Of a stretch of DNA of 64,000 bases, positions 23,838-33,453 are shown piece by piece (the stretch's first letter is position 1; every line of letters starts with the position of its first letter). A model generated the notes under the pieces. The model had not been told where the DNA came from. It made no database searches and saw nothing but the letters and a program-made list of their open reading frames with translations. The stretch is taken from positions 78,400-142,399 of the forward strand of contig JBPOJF010000013.1 of NCBI GenBank assembly GCA_052033915.1. Direction: 5' to 3'. The translations under genes were made by a program, and so were the position numbers. Source of the stretch: Lentisphaerota bacterium (GTDB lineage: Bacteria; Verrucomicrobiota; Kiritimatiellia; CAIQIC01; JAGNIJ01).

Positions 23838-24410
23838 TCAGCGCCCGCGCGCATCGAAATCCGCTTGTTCGACAACCATCTCGCGCGCGATCGCCTGCGC
23901 CTTTTCGGACCCGTCCACTTTCGCAACAATCGCGAGCGCGAATTCGAAACAAGTCCCCGCTCCCTGGCTCGTGATGACGTTGCCGTCAATCACCACGGCC
24001 TCGTTCACGTATTGAGCCTGCGTCAGCTCCGGCCCAATGTCGGGATAGCACGTCGCCTTGCGGCCCGCCAGCACGCCCGCGCGCTGAAGAACCAAGGGCC
24101 CGGCGCACACCGCTGCGACAATCTTCCCCGCGCGATGCAGACCGCGGATCGCCTCATGTAAAGACTCTTCCTGGAGAAAACTCTCCACGCCCTTCGCGCC
24201 GCCCGGCACGACGATCAGGTCGAACAAGGAAGGATCGATCTCGTCCCATGCGGCGTCCGGAACAATCTTCACCCCGCGCGAGGCTGTAATGACGCCTTTT
24301 TTCAGGCCGGCCGCAACCACCTCCCATTTCGCGCGCCGCAACGTGTCGATCACAATAACGGCTTCCATCTCTTCCGTGCCGTCGGTTATCGGAACCAGTA
24401 CTCGTGTCAT
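23838..24410 (-). CDS. DJ-1/PfpI (ThiJ) family protein
   Basis: 'MTRVLVPITDGTEEMEAVIVIDTLRRA', nucleophile elbow 'AAVCAGP', 'VIDGNVITSQGAGT'. Confidence 0.8.
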   Translation of the reverse strand: MTRVLVPITDGTEEMEAVIVIDTLRRAKWEVVAAGLKKGVITASRGVKIVPDAAWDEIDPSLFDLIVVPGGAKGVESFLQEESLHEAIRGLHRAGKIVAAVCAGPLVLQRAGVLAGRKATCYPDIGPELTQAQYVNEAVVIDGNVITSQGAGTCFEFALAIVAKVDGSEKAQAIAREMVVEQADFDARGR

Positions 24411-24450
24411 GTGCAGGCCCTCCAAGATAGAAGTAATATGACGGGGGATA

Positions 24451-24500
24451 GTCCAAAGTCCAAGGTCCAAAAATACTCTGCCCTTTAGACTTTGGACTTC
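24451..24500. repeat. Copy 1 of the dispersed inverted-repeat element (GTCCAAAGTCCAAGGTCCAAA ... TAGACTTTGGACTTC)
   Basis: Seen directly between the HK stop (24504) and the DJ-1 start. Related copies at ~49505, ~53612 and ~59187. Confidence 0.5.
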
Positions 24501-24503
24501 TTC

Positions 24504-26201
24504 CTACTTCTTCCGCGCGTCGAGAATCGCGCGGACCTCGACGGCGAGCTTCTGACGGCTAAACGGTTTGGACAGGAATCGCGCGCTGGACACTTTCAGC
24601 AGGCGTTCCGCGGTCTTCGGCGTAAAGCCGGAAACAACCAGGATCGCGACCTTCGGGTTGATGCGCACGAGTTCACGGTAGACTTCCTCGCCATTCACGT
24701 ACGGCATGACAACATCCAACAGGACCAGGTCAATCTTCGACGCGTGCTGCTTGTACGTGTGGATGGCCTCTTCGCCGCCGGTCGCCGTCCAGACGGTGTA
24801 GCCGGACTTGTGCAGAAGCCGCTGGGTGATACTCAAGGCCAGCGGATCGTCGTCCACAACGAGAATCGTCTCCGTCCCGCCCGGTATGGCTTCGATATCG
24901 CGCTCTTCGACCACCACCGGCGTCTCCGGTTTGGCCGTTGGAATGTAGAGTCGGAAGCAGGCGCCGAGATTCTGCTCTGAATAAACCGTCACCCAACCGC
25001 CCATCGCGTGGATCATGTGCTGCACCACGCTGAGGCCCAGCCCCGTACCGGCTTTCTTGGTCGTGAAGAAGGGCTCAAAAATGTGTGGTTTGACGTCCTG
25101 CGCCATCCCCTGGCCGGTGTCGGTCACGGAAATGGTGATGTACGAGCCCGGCATGCGCTCCGGCCAGCGCTCGAGATCCTCCTGCTCCACCTTGACCAGG
25201 TCCACCTCGACGGAGAGGTTGCCGCCATCGGGCATCGCGTCCCGCGCGTTCAGGCAGAGGTTCAGCAGCGCGCGATACAGCACGACCGGGTCGGTGTGGA
25301 CCTTGGGCAGGGACGTCTTTTCGGGCGCGAACAGCGAGATGTTACGCGGAAGGGTCTTCTTCAGCATCGCGACCACGTCGTTCAGCACCACCTGGATATC
25401 CACGTTCTCCATCCGCGGCGCCGAGTGGCGCGTGACGGAAAGGAGACGACCCGTCAGTTCGTTGGCCGTTTGCGCGGCATCCAGAATCTTGGCGATGTCC
25501 TTCTGGAACGGCTGGCCGGCCATCTGGTCCTGAAGCAGCGATGCGTAGGCCATGATGACGGTCAGCAGGTTCTTGAATTCGTGGGCGATTCCGATGGAAA
25601 GGTTCTCGACCAGTTCCATCTGCTGGGATTGAAGAACCTGCTTTTCGAGAGAACGTTCGCGGGTAACGTCACGAGCCACGATCATGGACCCGATACGCCC
25701 GTCGTTCGAGTCGTTCAAAGGGGAGACCCGGACATCCAGCAACCGCGCGTGATGATCGTCGGAAAAGCAGGTTGCCTCGCCAACCCACACATCCTCTTTC
25801 TCCAACACCTTGGAGATGTCGCCGAATGACAATCCTCCCTGAAACTGAAAACAGCCGTCCAGTTCGACCGGCCGCTCCATGACCTTCCCGGGGTTCACAC
25901 CCAGCATACGGCCCATCGCGGCGTCCGCATAGATGATCTTGCCTTGCAAATCGGCAATCATCACTCCGTCATTGAGGAAATCGAGAGCTCGAAGAGGCAA
26001 GGACTTTTCGGGAGGCTGCGTATTGGGTGATTCTTTAGTCACATTCCCGCTCCGCTGCACAAACTGTTGCGCAGTTGTACGTCCCGCGACTGACGCTATT
26101 GATATGCCCAAAACGGCCAACCCGTAAAGGGCCCTCGGCCCCTTTCTTGTTCCGCCGCCTCGCAGCGACAGCGCGCGCGTTGATTGACACCATTCTGGCA
26201 C
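24504..26201 (-). CDS. Hybrid sensor histidine kinase / response regulator (PAS - HisKA - HATPase_c - REC)
   Basis: H-box 'IAHEFKNLLTVIMAYASLL', N/G boxes 'LNLCLNARDAM ... GTGLGLSVVQHMIHAMGG', REC 'ILVVDDDPLALS...DLVLLDVVMP...SKPF'. Exact start uncertain. Confidence 0.8.
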   Translation of the reverse strand: MPEWCQSTRALSLRGGGTRKGPRALYGLAVLGISIASVAGRTTAQQFVQRSGNVTKESPNTQPPEKSLPLRALDFLNDGVMIADLQGKIIYADAAMGRMLGVNPGKVMERPVELDGCFQFQGGLSFGDISKVLEKEDVWVGEATCFSDDHHARLLDVRVSPLNDSNDGRIGSMIVARDVTRERSLEKQVLQSQQMELVENLSIGIAHEFKNLLTVIMAYASLLQDQMAGQPFQKDIAKILDAAQTANELTGRLLSVTRHSAPRMENVDIQVVLNDVVAMLKKTLPRNISLFAPEKTSLPKVHTDPVVLYRALLNLCLNARDAMPDGGNLSVEVDLVKVEQEDLERWPERMPGSYITISVTDTGQGMAQDVKPHIFEPFFTTKKAGTGLGLSVVQHMIHAMGGWVTVYSEQNLGACFRLYIPTAKPETPVVVEERDIEAIPGGTETILVVDDDPLALSITQRLLHKSGYTVWTATGGEEAIHTYKQHASKIDLVLLDVVMPYVNGEEVYRELVRINPKVAILVVSGFTPKTAERLLKVSSARFLSKPFSRQKLAVEVRAILDARKK

Positions 26202-26269
26202 AGAGGTAATTTGAAAGGCAAGTTAATCGCTTTACGATTCGCAAACCGCCGTCATCGGGAGGCAAGGTC

Positions 26270-29200
26270 ATGAATCGATTTCTCTCTTTCTTCCTCATGG
26301 CTGTCTTGTGCGCGCTCGCCGGTTCCGCGCCCGCCGAAACCTATCGCGGCGAGATGAACTCCTGGGGCGCCAGTTGGATGGCGCAGGACACGGACTTCGG
26401 AAGCGTCTGGAAGGTCAGCGTGACCTCCGGCGCGGACGATACAACCTCCGAGTTCAAATTCGACCGCTTCGGCGATTGGGCGGAAAACTGGGGCGCCGGC
26501 AGCAGCGCGACAAAAAATTCGACAATCGGGTCTCTCGCTTCCGGCGGCGGCAACCTCAGCTTCAGCGCCCTCAACGCCAAACACTACAGCTTTACCATGA
26601 ACGCGGGACACACCTCCTACGTCGTGATGGAAACCGACAGCGACCCTGTATCCATTACGCGCGCGGACGTCCAGCTTGCGGACCCGTGGGCCGCGGGCGC
26701 GCCCGTCACGATCCAGCTCAGCGCGGCGAAGAGCCCGCAGGAGAACATCTGGATTCGCTACACGACGAATAGCTGGGCCTCCAGCCGATTAACCGCCGCG
26801 GCATCCGGAAGCTCCACGAACTATTCCGCGACGATCACCGCGAACGCCGGCTCCCGCGTGGAATACTACGCCCTGACCTCCACCATGCCGTCGAACCAGA
26901 TCGCGGCCGATCCCGACCTCTGCACGCTGCGCGGCAACAAGTCGGGCACGACGAATTACAGCTTCCGGTTCGGCGCCGGCAACGCATGGCACATTCCGGC
27001 AAACGCGGAACCCGTCGGCGCCACGATGCGCAACCCGCAGAGCCCCTATTCCCACAACGCGGTGTACATCTATAACGGCAACCAGTTCCAGGGCGGCGGC
27101 AACGCGGCCGACCAGTCGGGCGGCACACTGTACCACCGCCTCTCGGGCGCCGCCGGTTGGACCGCGACAAACCTCTCGTACGACAACCAGATCGATAACA
27201 ACAAGTACTGGAAGTCGGCCATCCCGGCAGGAACGTACGGGAAGACGAACGTCGTGGAGTATTACCTGTCCGTCACTTACACCGACCACAACACCACCTA
27301 CATCGGCACGACGAACGGCGGCATGTCGAGCGTAACGTATCTCGCGGCGAGCAACGCGCAGGCGCATCCGTTCTCGTTCACGATGGGCGGCGAGCCGGGC
27401 ACGGAAGCGGCGTACATCTGGCACAACACGAACCGCGTACATGTCGGCAGCGACGCCGTGCAGTGCTGGGCGAAGATCGGCTACGCGCAGGGGATCGGCA
27501 CGAACCGCTGGGTGGACGGCGCGGCGATCTACTACACGACGAACGGCGCGGAACCGTCCGGCGCCAACGGCATCCCCGGCGCGTCGTCGATGGTTCAGAT
27601 GATGAGCTTCGATCACATGGAAGAGGATCCATACGCGGACGGCGACGCGATGTGGTGGATGGGCACGCTGACGAACCTGCCGTCGGCCGACGGCAGCACG
27701 ATCAAGTACCGGATCGGCGCGTGGAAGTCGGGCGGCGTGGAGCGCTTCGCGGAGTACGGCACGACCGGACAGGACAACCAGACCTTCGTGTTCTCGCTCT
27801 TCGTGCCCGGCGCGGCCGGCCTCACCGTGAACGGCGTCAACGCCGACTACACGACCACCAAGTTCTTTATCGACGAGGCCGCGGGCGAAACACAGTACGT
27901 CACGGTCGTCTACACGCCCGAAGCCGGCGCCTCCAACGTGCAGGTCTTCTGCAATCTGAACCGCCGCGACTTGTGCGACGTGGATTACACCAACGCGCTC
28001 ATCGCGGGCGACGGCTACGCGGACGGCATCCGCCCGCCGGACGGCAATCTGCTCACGCCCGCGGACACCGGCGCGTATTTCACCGCGTTCGCGATGACCG
28101 GCGGTCCAACCACCTTCTACTGGACCGGCGCGGTCAGCCGCTGCGGCGCGTATCGCCTCACGACCCGCTACCAGAAGAACGCCGCGAGCGCGACGAACTG
28201 GAACTGGTACTCCTCCGGCGGCCTGCGCGATCACGCGATCGTCGTCTCGCCGAGGAAGGCGCTCGAGCAGACGATGTACGAGCTCAACACGCTGACGGTC
28301 GAGGCGACGGACAACTCCGAGGCGGGCCGCAGCACGTTCCAAGACCTGCTGGGCGCGGCCGACGGCGACACCGACGGCTACGACCCGTTCAATCTCGACT
28401 ACCTGAATTTCCTCCAGGTCAACTGCCTGTGGTTCCAGCCGATCCACCCGAACGCCGAGGAGCGGAAGGACTCGTACACGCCCGGCAGCCCGTACGCGAC
28501 GAAGAACTACTTCGCCGTCTCGAAGTACTACGGCGCCGACATGACCGAGGCGGGCGCAATGAGGGAGTTCACGAACTTCGTGGCGAAGTGCGACGCGTAC
28601 ACCGGAACGGTCGGCACCATCAACGTGATGCTCGACGGCGTGTTCAACCACACCTCGTGGGACGCGGTGTTCGGCGAGGGCGGTACGAACTTCAACTACT
28701 GCACGAACGTCAACGACCGCATCGGCTGGTTCAAGCCGGGCTGGTACGCGCTTTGGACGGACTACGGCCTGCCCGCGACGTACTATCACAGCGCGTACTC
28801 CAACGACATCGCCACCGCGCCGGACCGCGGCGATTTCGGCAAGTGGCCGGATGTGGCGGAGCTGTACTACGGAAAATATTCCGCGCTCGTGCGGCACAAC
28901 CCGGACAACAACGGCGACTACCTGAACGAGGGCGACGTGTACGACTTCGCCGGCATGACCGCCGCCAACGAGATGGACCTGTGGCGCTACATCGCCTACT
29001 ACACCGAGTTCTGGCTCAAGAAGACCGGCCACGCCGGCACCAACTCGTGGGTCGCCGCGCAGGACGACCGCGGCATCGACGGCCTGCGTTGCGACTTCGG
29101 CCAGGGCCTGCCGCCGCAGCTTTGGGAGTACATCATCAACCGCACGCGGCGCATAAAGTGGAACTTCATTTTCATGGCCGAGACGCTCGACGGCGGCAAA

Positions 29201-30766
29201 CCCGGCTACCGCTCGAACCGCCACTTCGACGTACTGAACGAAAACCTCGTCTTCAAGTTCACGCAGGAGCGAATCAACGACTCGGGAGCGCTGAGGCAGG
29301 CGCTCGAGGACCGGCGCACGGCGTACAGCGGCGGCGCGATCCTGCTGAACCTGACCTCGCACGACGAGATCCTGCCCGGCAACGACACCTGGATGGTCGC
29401 GTCGCGCTACGGCGCCGTGTCCGCCGTCGACGGCATCCCGATGATCTTCTACGGGCAGGAGCAGGGAATTCAGAACTGGGCGGGCGCGGTGACGAAGAAC
29501 ACGGGCTTCAAGACGCCGCACGAGGAGAACTTCGGCAAATACATCCCGCACTTCAAGCAGTGGAACCAGCTCACGGTCTGGACCCACACGCCCGACTACG
29601 GCGGCACGGATCTCGCGCAGTGGTACGGGCGCGTGAACTGGGCGCGGCACAACAGCGCCGCGCTCCGGAGCCGGAACCGCTGGTTCCTCAGCAAGGTCGG
29701 CGGCGGCGACGAGTCGCGCATCCTCGCCGTGGCGAAGTACCAGACGCCCTACGCCTCGCCGCGCACGAGCGACGTCGTGCTCGCGTTTGCGCTCCTGCTC
29801 CGCAACGACGAGGACACGCACGTCGGCGCGAGCGCGACGTACGACCTCAAGCCCGTATGGAACCTGCTTGGCCTCAGCACGTCCAAGTACTACAAAGCCC
29901 GCAACCTCGTTTCGAGCAACGCGCTCGCCGCCTACGTCTGGACAAACGTCTCCGGATCAACGCTTTACAACAGCGGCCTTTGGGTTTCTCTGAACGCCGG
30001 CACCTCCGCCCTGCCCATCACGGCCGACGGCGAGCTCGTGCAGTTCCTGAAGATCGAAGAGGATAACTTGGCGCCGGTGATCCACCTGCCGGGCCCGCAT
30101 ATTCTGCCGGTTGGAGCATCGACAAACTTCCCCGTCACGGCCGCCGATCCTGACGGAACCATTGTTACACTCACGAATACGGCCGTTCTTCCGGATGCCG
30201 TATTTGTCAACGGGGTTTTTTCGTGGACAGCAACGCCGGCGTTCGAGAACACCGCCCATCCTGTCGCGTTTGTCGCCACGGATGATCAGGGGCTCTCCGC
30301 GACGAACAGCACGACGATCACCGTCCCGTTCGACTGGAACGGAAACGGGATCGGCGACGGCTGGGAATGGACCCACTTCCAGAACCTGACCAACGCCGCG
30401 GCAAACGACAACGACGGCGACGGCGCGGGCAACTACGACGAGTACATCGCGGGCACGCAGCCGACGAACATCGGATCGGTGTTCAAGGTCATCTCCGTCT
30501 CCAGCGCAGACGGAACCTCAAGCCGCAACATTACGGTCTCCACGGAACCGGAGCGGCACTACTCGATCTACTTCGGCGACAGCGGCATGAGCAACAACAT
30601 GACGTGGTCCCCATTCGGCAATACGAACCTGGGCGTCGGCTCGTGGCTGGAGACCAGCCCGACATCGACCACGCACACCTTCACGGACGACGAGAGCACG
30701 AACACCACATCCTCCGCGCCCGCCTCCGGGCACCGGTTTTACCGGTTTAAAGTGCATAACCCCTAG
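26270..30766 (+). CDS. Giant secreted multidomain alpha-amylase-family (GH13-like) glycoside hydrolase
   Basis: Signal peptide 'MNRFLSFFLMAVLCALAGSAPA'. GH13-like regions I-IV: 'DGVFNHTS', 'GIDGLRCDFGQG', 'FIFMAETLDG', 'LLNLTSHDE'. C-terminal Ig/cadherin-like module, Ca-binding Asp-rich loops 'DWNGNGIGDGWEW' and 'NDNDGDGAGNYDEY', then a ~100-aa tail ending 'GHRFYRFKVHNP'. N-terminal Trp-rich ~100 aa may be a CBM. Confidence 0.7.
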   Translation: MNRFLSFFLMAVLCALAGSAPAETYRGEMNSWGASWMAQDTDFGSVWKVSVTSGADDTTSEFKFDRFGDWAENWGAGSSATKNSTIGSLASGGGNLSFSALNAKHYSFTMNAGHTSYVVMETDSDPVSITRADVQLADPWAAGAPVTIQLSAAKSPQENIWIRYTTNSWASSRLTAAASGSSTNYSATITANAGSRVEYYALTSTMPSNQIAADPDLCTLRGNKSGTTNYSFRFGAGNAWHIPANAEPVGATMRNPQSPYSHNAVYIYNGNQFQGGGNAADQSGGTLYHRLSGAAGWTATNLSYDNQIDNNKYWKSAIPAGTYGKTNVVEYYLSVTYTDHNTTYIGTTNGGMSSVTYLAASNAQAHPFSFTMGGEPGTEAAYIWHNTNRVHVGSDAVQCWAKIGYAQGIGTNRWVDGAAIYYTTNGAEPSGANGIPGASSMVQMMSFDHMEEDPYADGDAMWWMGTLTNLPSADGSTIKYRIGAWKSGGVERFAEYGTTGQDNQTFVFSLFVPGAAGLTVNGVNADYTTTKFFIDEAAGETQYVTVVYTPEAGASNVQVFCNLNRRDLCDVDYTNALIAGDGYADGIRPPDGNLLTPADTGAYFTAFAMTGGPTTFYWTGAVSRCGAYRLTTRYQKNAASATNWNWYSSGGLRDHAIVVSPRKALEQTMYELNTLTVEATDNSEAGRSTFQDLLGAADGDTDGYDPFNLDYLNFLQVNCLWFQPIHPNAEERKDSYTPGSPYATKNYFAVSKYYGADMTEAGAMREFTNFVAKCDAYTGTVGTINVMLDGVFNHTSWDAVFGEGGTNFNYCTNVNDRIGWFKPGWYALWTDYGLPATYYHSAYSNDIATAPDRGDFGKWPDVAELYYGKYSALVRHNPDNNGDYLNEGDVYDFAGMTAANEMDLWRYIAYYTEFWLKKTGHAGTNSWVAAQDDRGIDGLRCDFGQGLPPQLWEYIINRTRRIKWNFIFMAETLDGGKPGYRSNRHFDVLNENLVFKFTQERINDSGALRQALEDRRTAYSGGAILLNLTSHDEILPGNDTWMVASRYGAVSAVDGIPMIFYGQEQGIQNWAGAVTKNTGFKTPHEENFGKYIPHFKQWNQLTVWTHTPDYGGTDLAQWYGRVNWARHNSAALRSRNRWFLSKVGGGDESRILAVAKYQTPYASPRTSDVVLAFALLLRNDEDTHVGASATYDLKPVWNLLGLSTSKYYKARNLVSSNALAAYVWTNVSGSTLYNSGLWVSLNAGTSALPITADGELVQFLKIEEDNLAPVIHLPGPHILPVGASTNFPVTAADPDGTIVTLTNTAVLPDAVFVNGVFSWTATPAFENTAHPVAFVATDDQGLSATNSTTITVPFDWNGNGIGDGWEWTHFQNLTNAAANDNDGDGAGNYDEYIAGTQPTNIGSVFKVISVSSADGTSSRNITVSTEPERHYSIYFGDSGMSNNMTWSPFGNTNLGVGSWLETSPTSTTHTFTDDESTNTTSSAPASGHRFYRFKVHNP

Positions 30767-30924
30767 CCCGGCAAGACCTCATCTTCGCCGACAGGCTTGA
30801 AGGCCGATTTTTCCGCCAGGGCTGGCGACAGAGCTGAGTTCATCGCTTCAATGATTTCAGGAATTGTGCTGATTGAATAAGCGGTTGGACAAGTTCAGAT
30901 AAACCCGGTACACAGAACCATCAA

Positions 30925-31383
30925 ATGATGTATTCGTCAGATCCCTGGTACATGAATATCCCCGTGTGGGCGGGTGTCGCCGCATGGTTCGTTGCCCAGT
31001 TCATCAAGCTGTTCATCCACTTTGTCCGTCACCGCAGTTTCGATTCGGCCTTTCTTCTCCGGCTGGGCGGCATGCCCAGTTCCCATTCCGCGGCCGTCAG
31101 CGCAGTCGCCACATCCATCGGCCTGATTTGCGGTTTTGGAAGCTCGATTTTTGCGGTGGCTTTCTGCCTTGCGGTCATTGTGATGATCGACGCTCAGACC
31201 GTGCGCCGGGCGGCCGGCCAGCAGGCCCGCCTCGTGAACCAGATTGTGGACGAGCTGTTCAAGACCCATCGGTTTCCCCAGCACAAGCTTGCGGAACTGC
31301 TCGGTCACACCCGGCTGGAGGTTCTTCTGGGAATGCTGCTCGGAATCGTGGCCGCCTTGCTGGTGCATTCTTTTGCCCCGTAG
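30925..31383 (+). CDS. Divergent PAP2 family membrane protein (YuiD/DUF212-like)
   Basis: 152 aa, 4 TM helices, 'GGMPSSHSAAVSAVATSIG' and 'DAQTVRRAAGQQARLVNQIV' motifs of the divergent PAP2 family. Confidence 0.65.
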   Translation: MMYSSDPWYMNIPVWAGVAAWFVAQFIKLFIHFVRHRSFDSAFLLRLGGMPSSHSAAVSAVATSIGLICGFGSSIFAVAFCLAVIVMIDAQTVRRAAGQQARLVNQIVDELFKTHRFPQHKLAELLGHTRLEVLLGMLLGIVAALLVHSFAP

Positions 31384-31393
31384 AGGTCCCCGT

Positions 31394-31810
31394 ATGAGCC
31401 CGCAACGATTTCCTTCGAGGAGGTCCGGCCTCGGACAGCGAAATACGCGTCAGCGCGACGTGATCCTCGGCGTCATTTGCTCCGCGCGCGGCCCATTAAC
31501 GGCGGCGGACATTCTTCCGCGGGCCGCAAAAAAAATCCGGGGAATCGGAATCGCAACGATCTACCGCACGATCAAACTGCTGCTCGAACAGAAGCGCATC
31601 AGCGCCGTGATCCTGCCCACGGGCGAGACCCGCTACGAACCGCACGGCCTCGATCACCATCATCACTTCCAGTGCACGCAATGCGGCCAGGTCTTCTGCA
31701 TGGATTTCTGTCCCTTCACCCAGTCCGGTTTCGCCCCACTCCCGCGAGGATTCCGGGTGGAGTCGCATTCGGTCACGACGTACGGAAAATGTCCGGGATG
31801 CGGGACGTAG
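31394..31810 (+). CDS. Fur family metal-responsive transcriptional regulator (Zur/Nur/Fur-like)
   Basis: 'RNTRQRDVILGVICSARGPLTAADIL...IGIATIYRTIKLLLEQ' wHTH, 'HHHHFQCTQCGQVFCMD ... CPGCG' Cys4 zinc-site motifs. Start is the internal M of track ORF 31244..31810. Confidence 0.8.
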   Translation: MSPQRFPSRRSGLGQRNTRQRDVILGVICSARGPLTAADILPRAAKKIRGIGIATIYRTIKLLLEQKRISAVILPTGETRYEPHGLDHHHHFQCTQCGQVFCMDFCPFTQSGFAPLPRGFRVESHSVTTYGKCPGCGT

Positions 31811-31839
31811 GAAGACGCGCGGGGCGCTTCCTGCCACCC

Positions 31840-32583
31840 TCAATGCGGGTGCGGATGTCGCAGGATGTGCGGCCGCTCCAGACCGTGGGCCCGCATCAGT
31901 TCCTCGTTGTCCAGCAATTCGGCGGTCGGCCCTTCCGCCATGATCTTTCCGCCGTCCATCACGATGACCCGCGGGCAGACTTCGACCACAAGCTCCAGAT
32001 CGTGCGTTGCAATGATCCGCGTATGCTCGAACGAGTGGAGCATCTCGATCAGCCTCCGGCGCCCGCGCGGGTCCAGGTTCGAGGACGGTTCATCCATGAC
32101 CAGGATGTCCGGCGACATCGCCAGCACGGTCGCGATCGACACCGCGCGCTTCTCGCCGGCGGAAAGCCTGTAGGGCGCGCGGTCCTTCACATGGCTCATG
32201 CCGACGCGCTCCAGCGCCGCGATCACCCTCTGCTGGACCTCGGCCTGTGGGAGGCCCGCATTAAGCGGCCCGAAGGCCACATCCTCGGCAACGGTGGGCA
32301 TGAACAACTGGTCGTCCGGATCCTGAAAAACCATGCCGACCGCGCGCCGGACCGTGGCCGTCGTCTCGGGCGTCAGCGGCGCGTCGCCGATGCGCACTTC
32401 GCCGCGGGTGGGCTTCAGGCAGCCGTTCAGGTGAAGCAGCAGGGTGGACTTCCCGGCGCCGTTCGCGCCGACCAGCGCGACCGCCTGCCCGCGCGCGATC
32501 CGGACCGAGACGCCTTTCAGCGCCTCCGTTCCATCGGGATACACGTGGCACAGGTCGCGCACTTCGACCATGGGATCGCTCAT
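31840..32583 (-). CDS. cbiO: ECF-type transporter ATPase (CbiO/EcfA), Ni/Co uptake
   Basis: Walker A 'GANGAGKST', signature 'LSAGEKRAVSIA', Walker B 'ILVMDEPSSNLD'. ATGA overlap with cbiQ. Confidence 0.8.
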   Translation of the reverse strand: MSDPMVEVRDLCHVYPDGTEALKGVSVRIARGQAVALVGANGAGKSTLLLHLNGCLKPTRGEVRIGDAPLTPETTATVRRAVGMVFQDPDDQLFMPTVAEDVAFGPLNAGLPQAEVQQRVIAALERVGMSHVKDRAPYRLSAGEKRAVSIATVLAMSPDILVMDEPSSNLDPRGRRRLIEMLHSFEHTRIIATHDLELVVEVCPRVIVMDGGKIMAEGPTAELLDNEELMRAHGLERPHILRHPHPH

Positions 32584-33386
32584 GACAGACCTCCCGTGAA
32601 CCAGCGGCCCAGCAGATCGGCAAGATTCCATGTCCGCGCCGCGGCGAAGAACACCGTCCACCCGAGCACGAACGCCGCATCCGCCCGACCTGCGGGTGTC
32701 GGGTCAAGGACGCGGATTTCCCCAGCGAAACCGCGCGACATCATCGCGCGATAGACGCGATCCGCGCGAGCCATCGAACGCAGAAGCAGGTGGCCCACGG
32801 CTGAGCCGTACACGCGCAGCGGGACGGCGGCCGAGCCGGCGGCGCGAATCTGCATGCCGCGCCGCATCCGCGAACCTTCAGCCGCGACGACGAACAGATA
32901 GCGGTAAAGGAACAACAGTTGGACGACGAACACGCGGGGCAGACCCATCCGCTCCAGCCCGGCGCATAAACGATTCATGCCCGTACACGCCACGAGAACG
33001 AGCGCCGCGCTCACCGTCAGGACGAAGCGGACGAGGATGGAGGCGAACGAGAACCAACCTCCGGTGACGACCCGCCCGCCGATGGCCGCGACAGGCTCGC
33101 GGTCCAGGAATGGATTGAACATCCCGATCACGACGGCGAACGGCGCAGCGATGAGAATCTTCCGGAGCAGATACCCTGACGGGATCCGCCCCAGCGACAT
33201 GAGCGCGAGGGGGTAGACAAAAAACGGCATCAACGCGGACACTTCGTAGCGCGGGAACGACATCACAAATACGATGAAGAGGAGGGTGGTGACCGCCTTG
33301 GCCCGCGCATCGAGCCGGTGCAAAGGCGTATCCAACCGGCCCAACTCATCCATACGGCCGATTTCGATCCATTCTCCAGGACTCAA
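32580..33386 (-). CDS. cbiQ: ECF transporter transmembrane (T) component CbiQ
   Basis: ~250 aa, 5-6 TM helices, 'LDARAKAVTTLLFIVFVM' and 'RRGMQIRAAG' (conserved R-rich cytoplasmic loop of EcfT/CbiQ). Confidence 0.75.
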   Translation of the reverse strand: MSPGEWIEIGRMDELGRLDTPLHRLDARAKAVTTLLFIVFVMSFPRYEVSALMPFFVYPLALMSLGRIPSGYLLRKILIAAPFAVVIGMFNPFLDREPVAAIGGRVVTGGWFSFASILVRFVLTVSAALVLVACTGMNRLCAGLERMGLPRVFVVQLLFLYRYLFVVAAEGSRMRRGMQIRAAGSAAVPLRVYGSAVGHLLLRSMARADRVYRAMMSRGFAGEIRVLDPTPAGRADAAFVLGWTVFFAAARTWNLADLLGRWFTGGLS

Positions 33387-33453
33387 GGGTTCCGCCTTGT
33401 TTCCGACAAGAATCCGCGCGGTTTCCGAGTCTCATCCATCGCTCGCCGACCGT

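Noticed and set aside
26789-29821. 1010-aa minus-strand ORF and the 867-aa plus-strand ORF 27463..30066 overlapping the giant GH13-like gene
   Set aside because: Arg/Ala/Val/Gly-rich low-complexity translations, typical of antisense or off-frame shadow ORFs in high-GC3 genes. The in-frame 26270..30766 ORF has a signal peptide and GH13 motifs.
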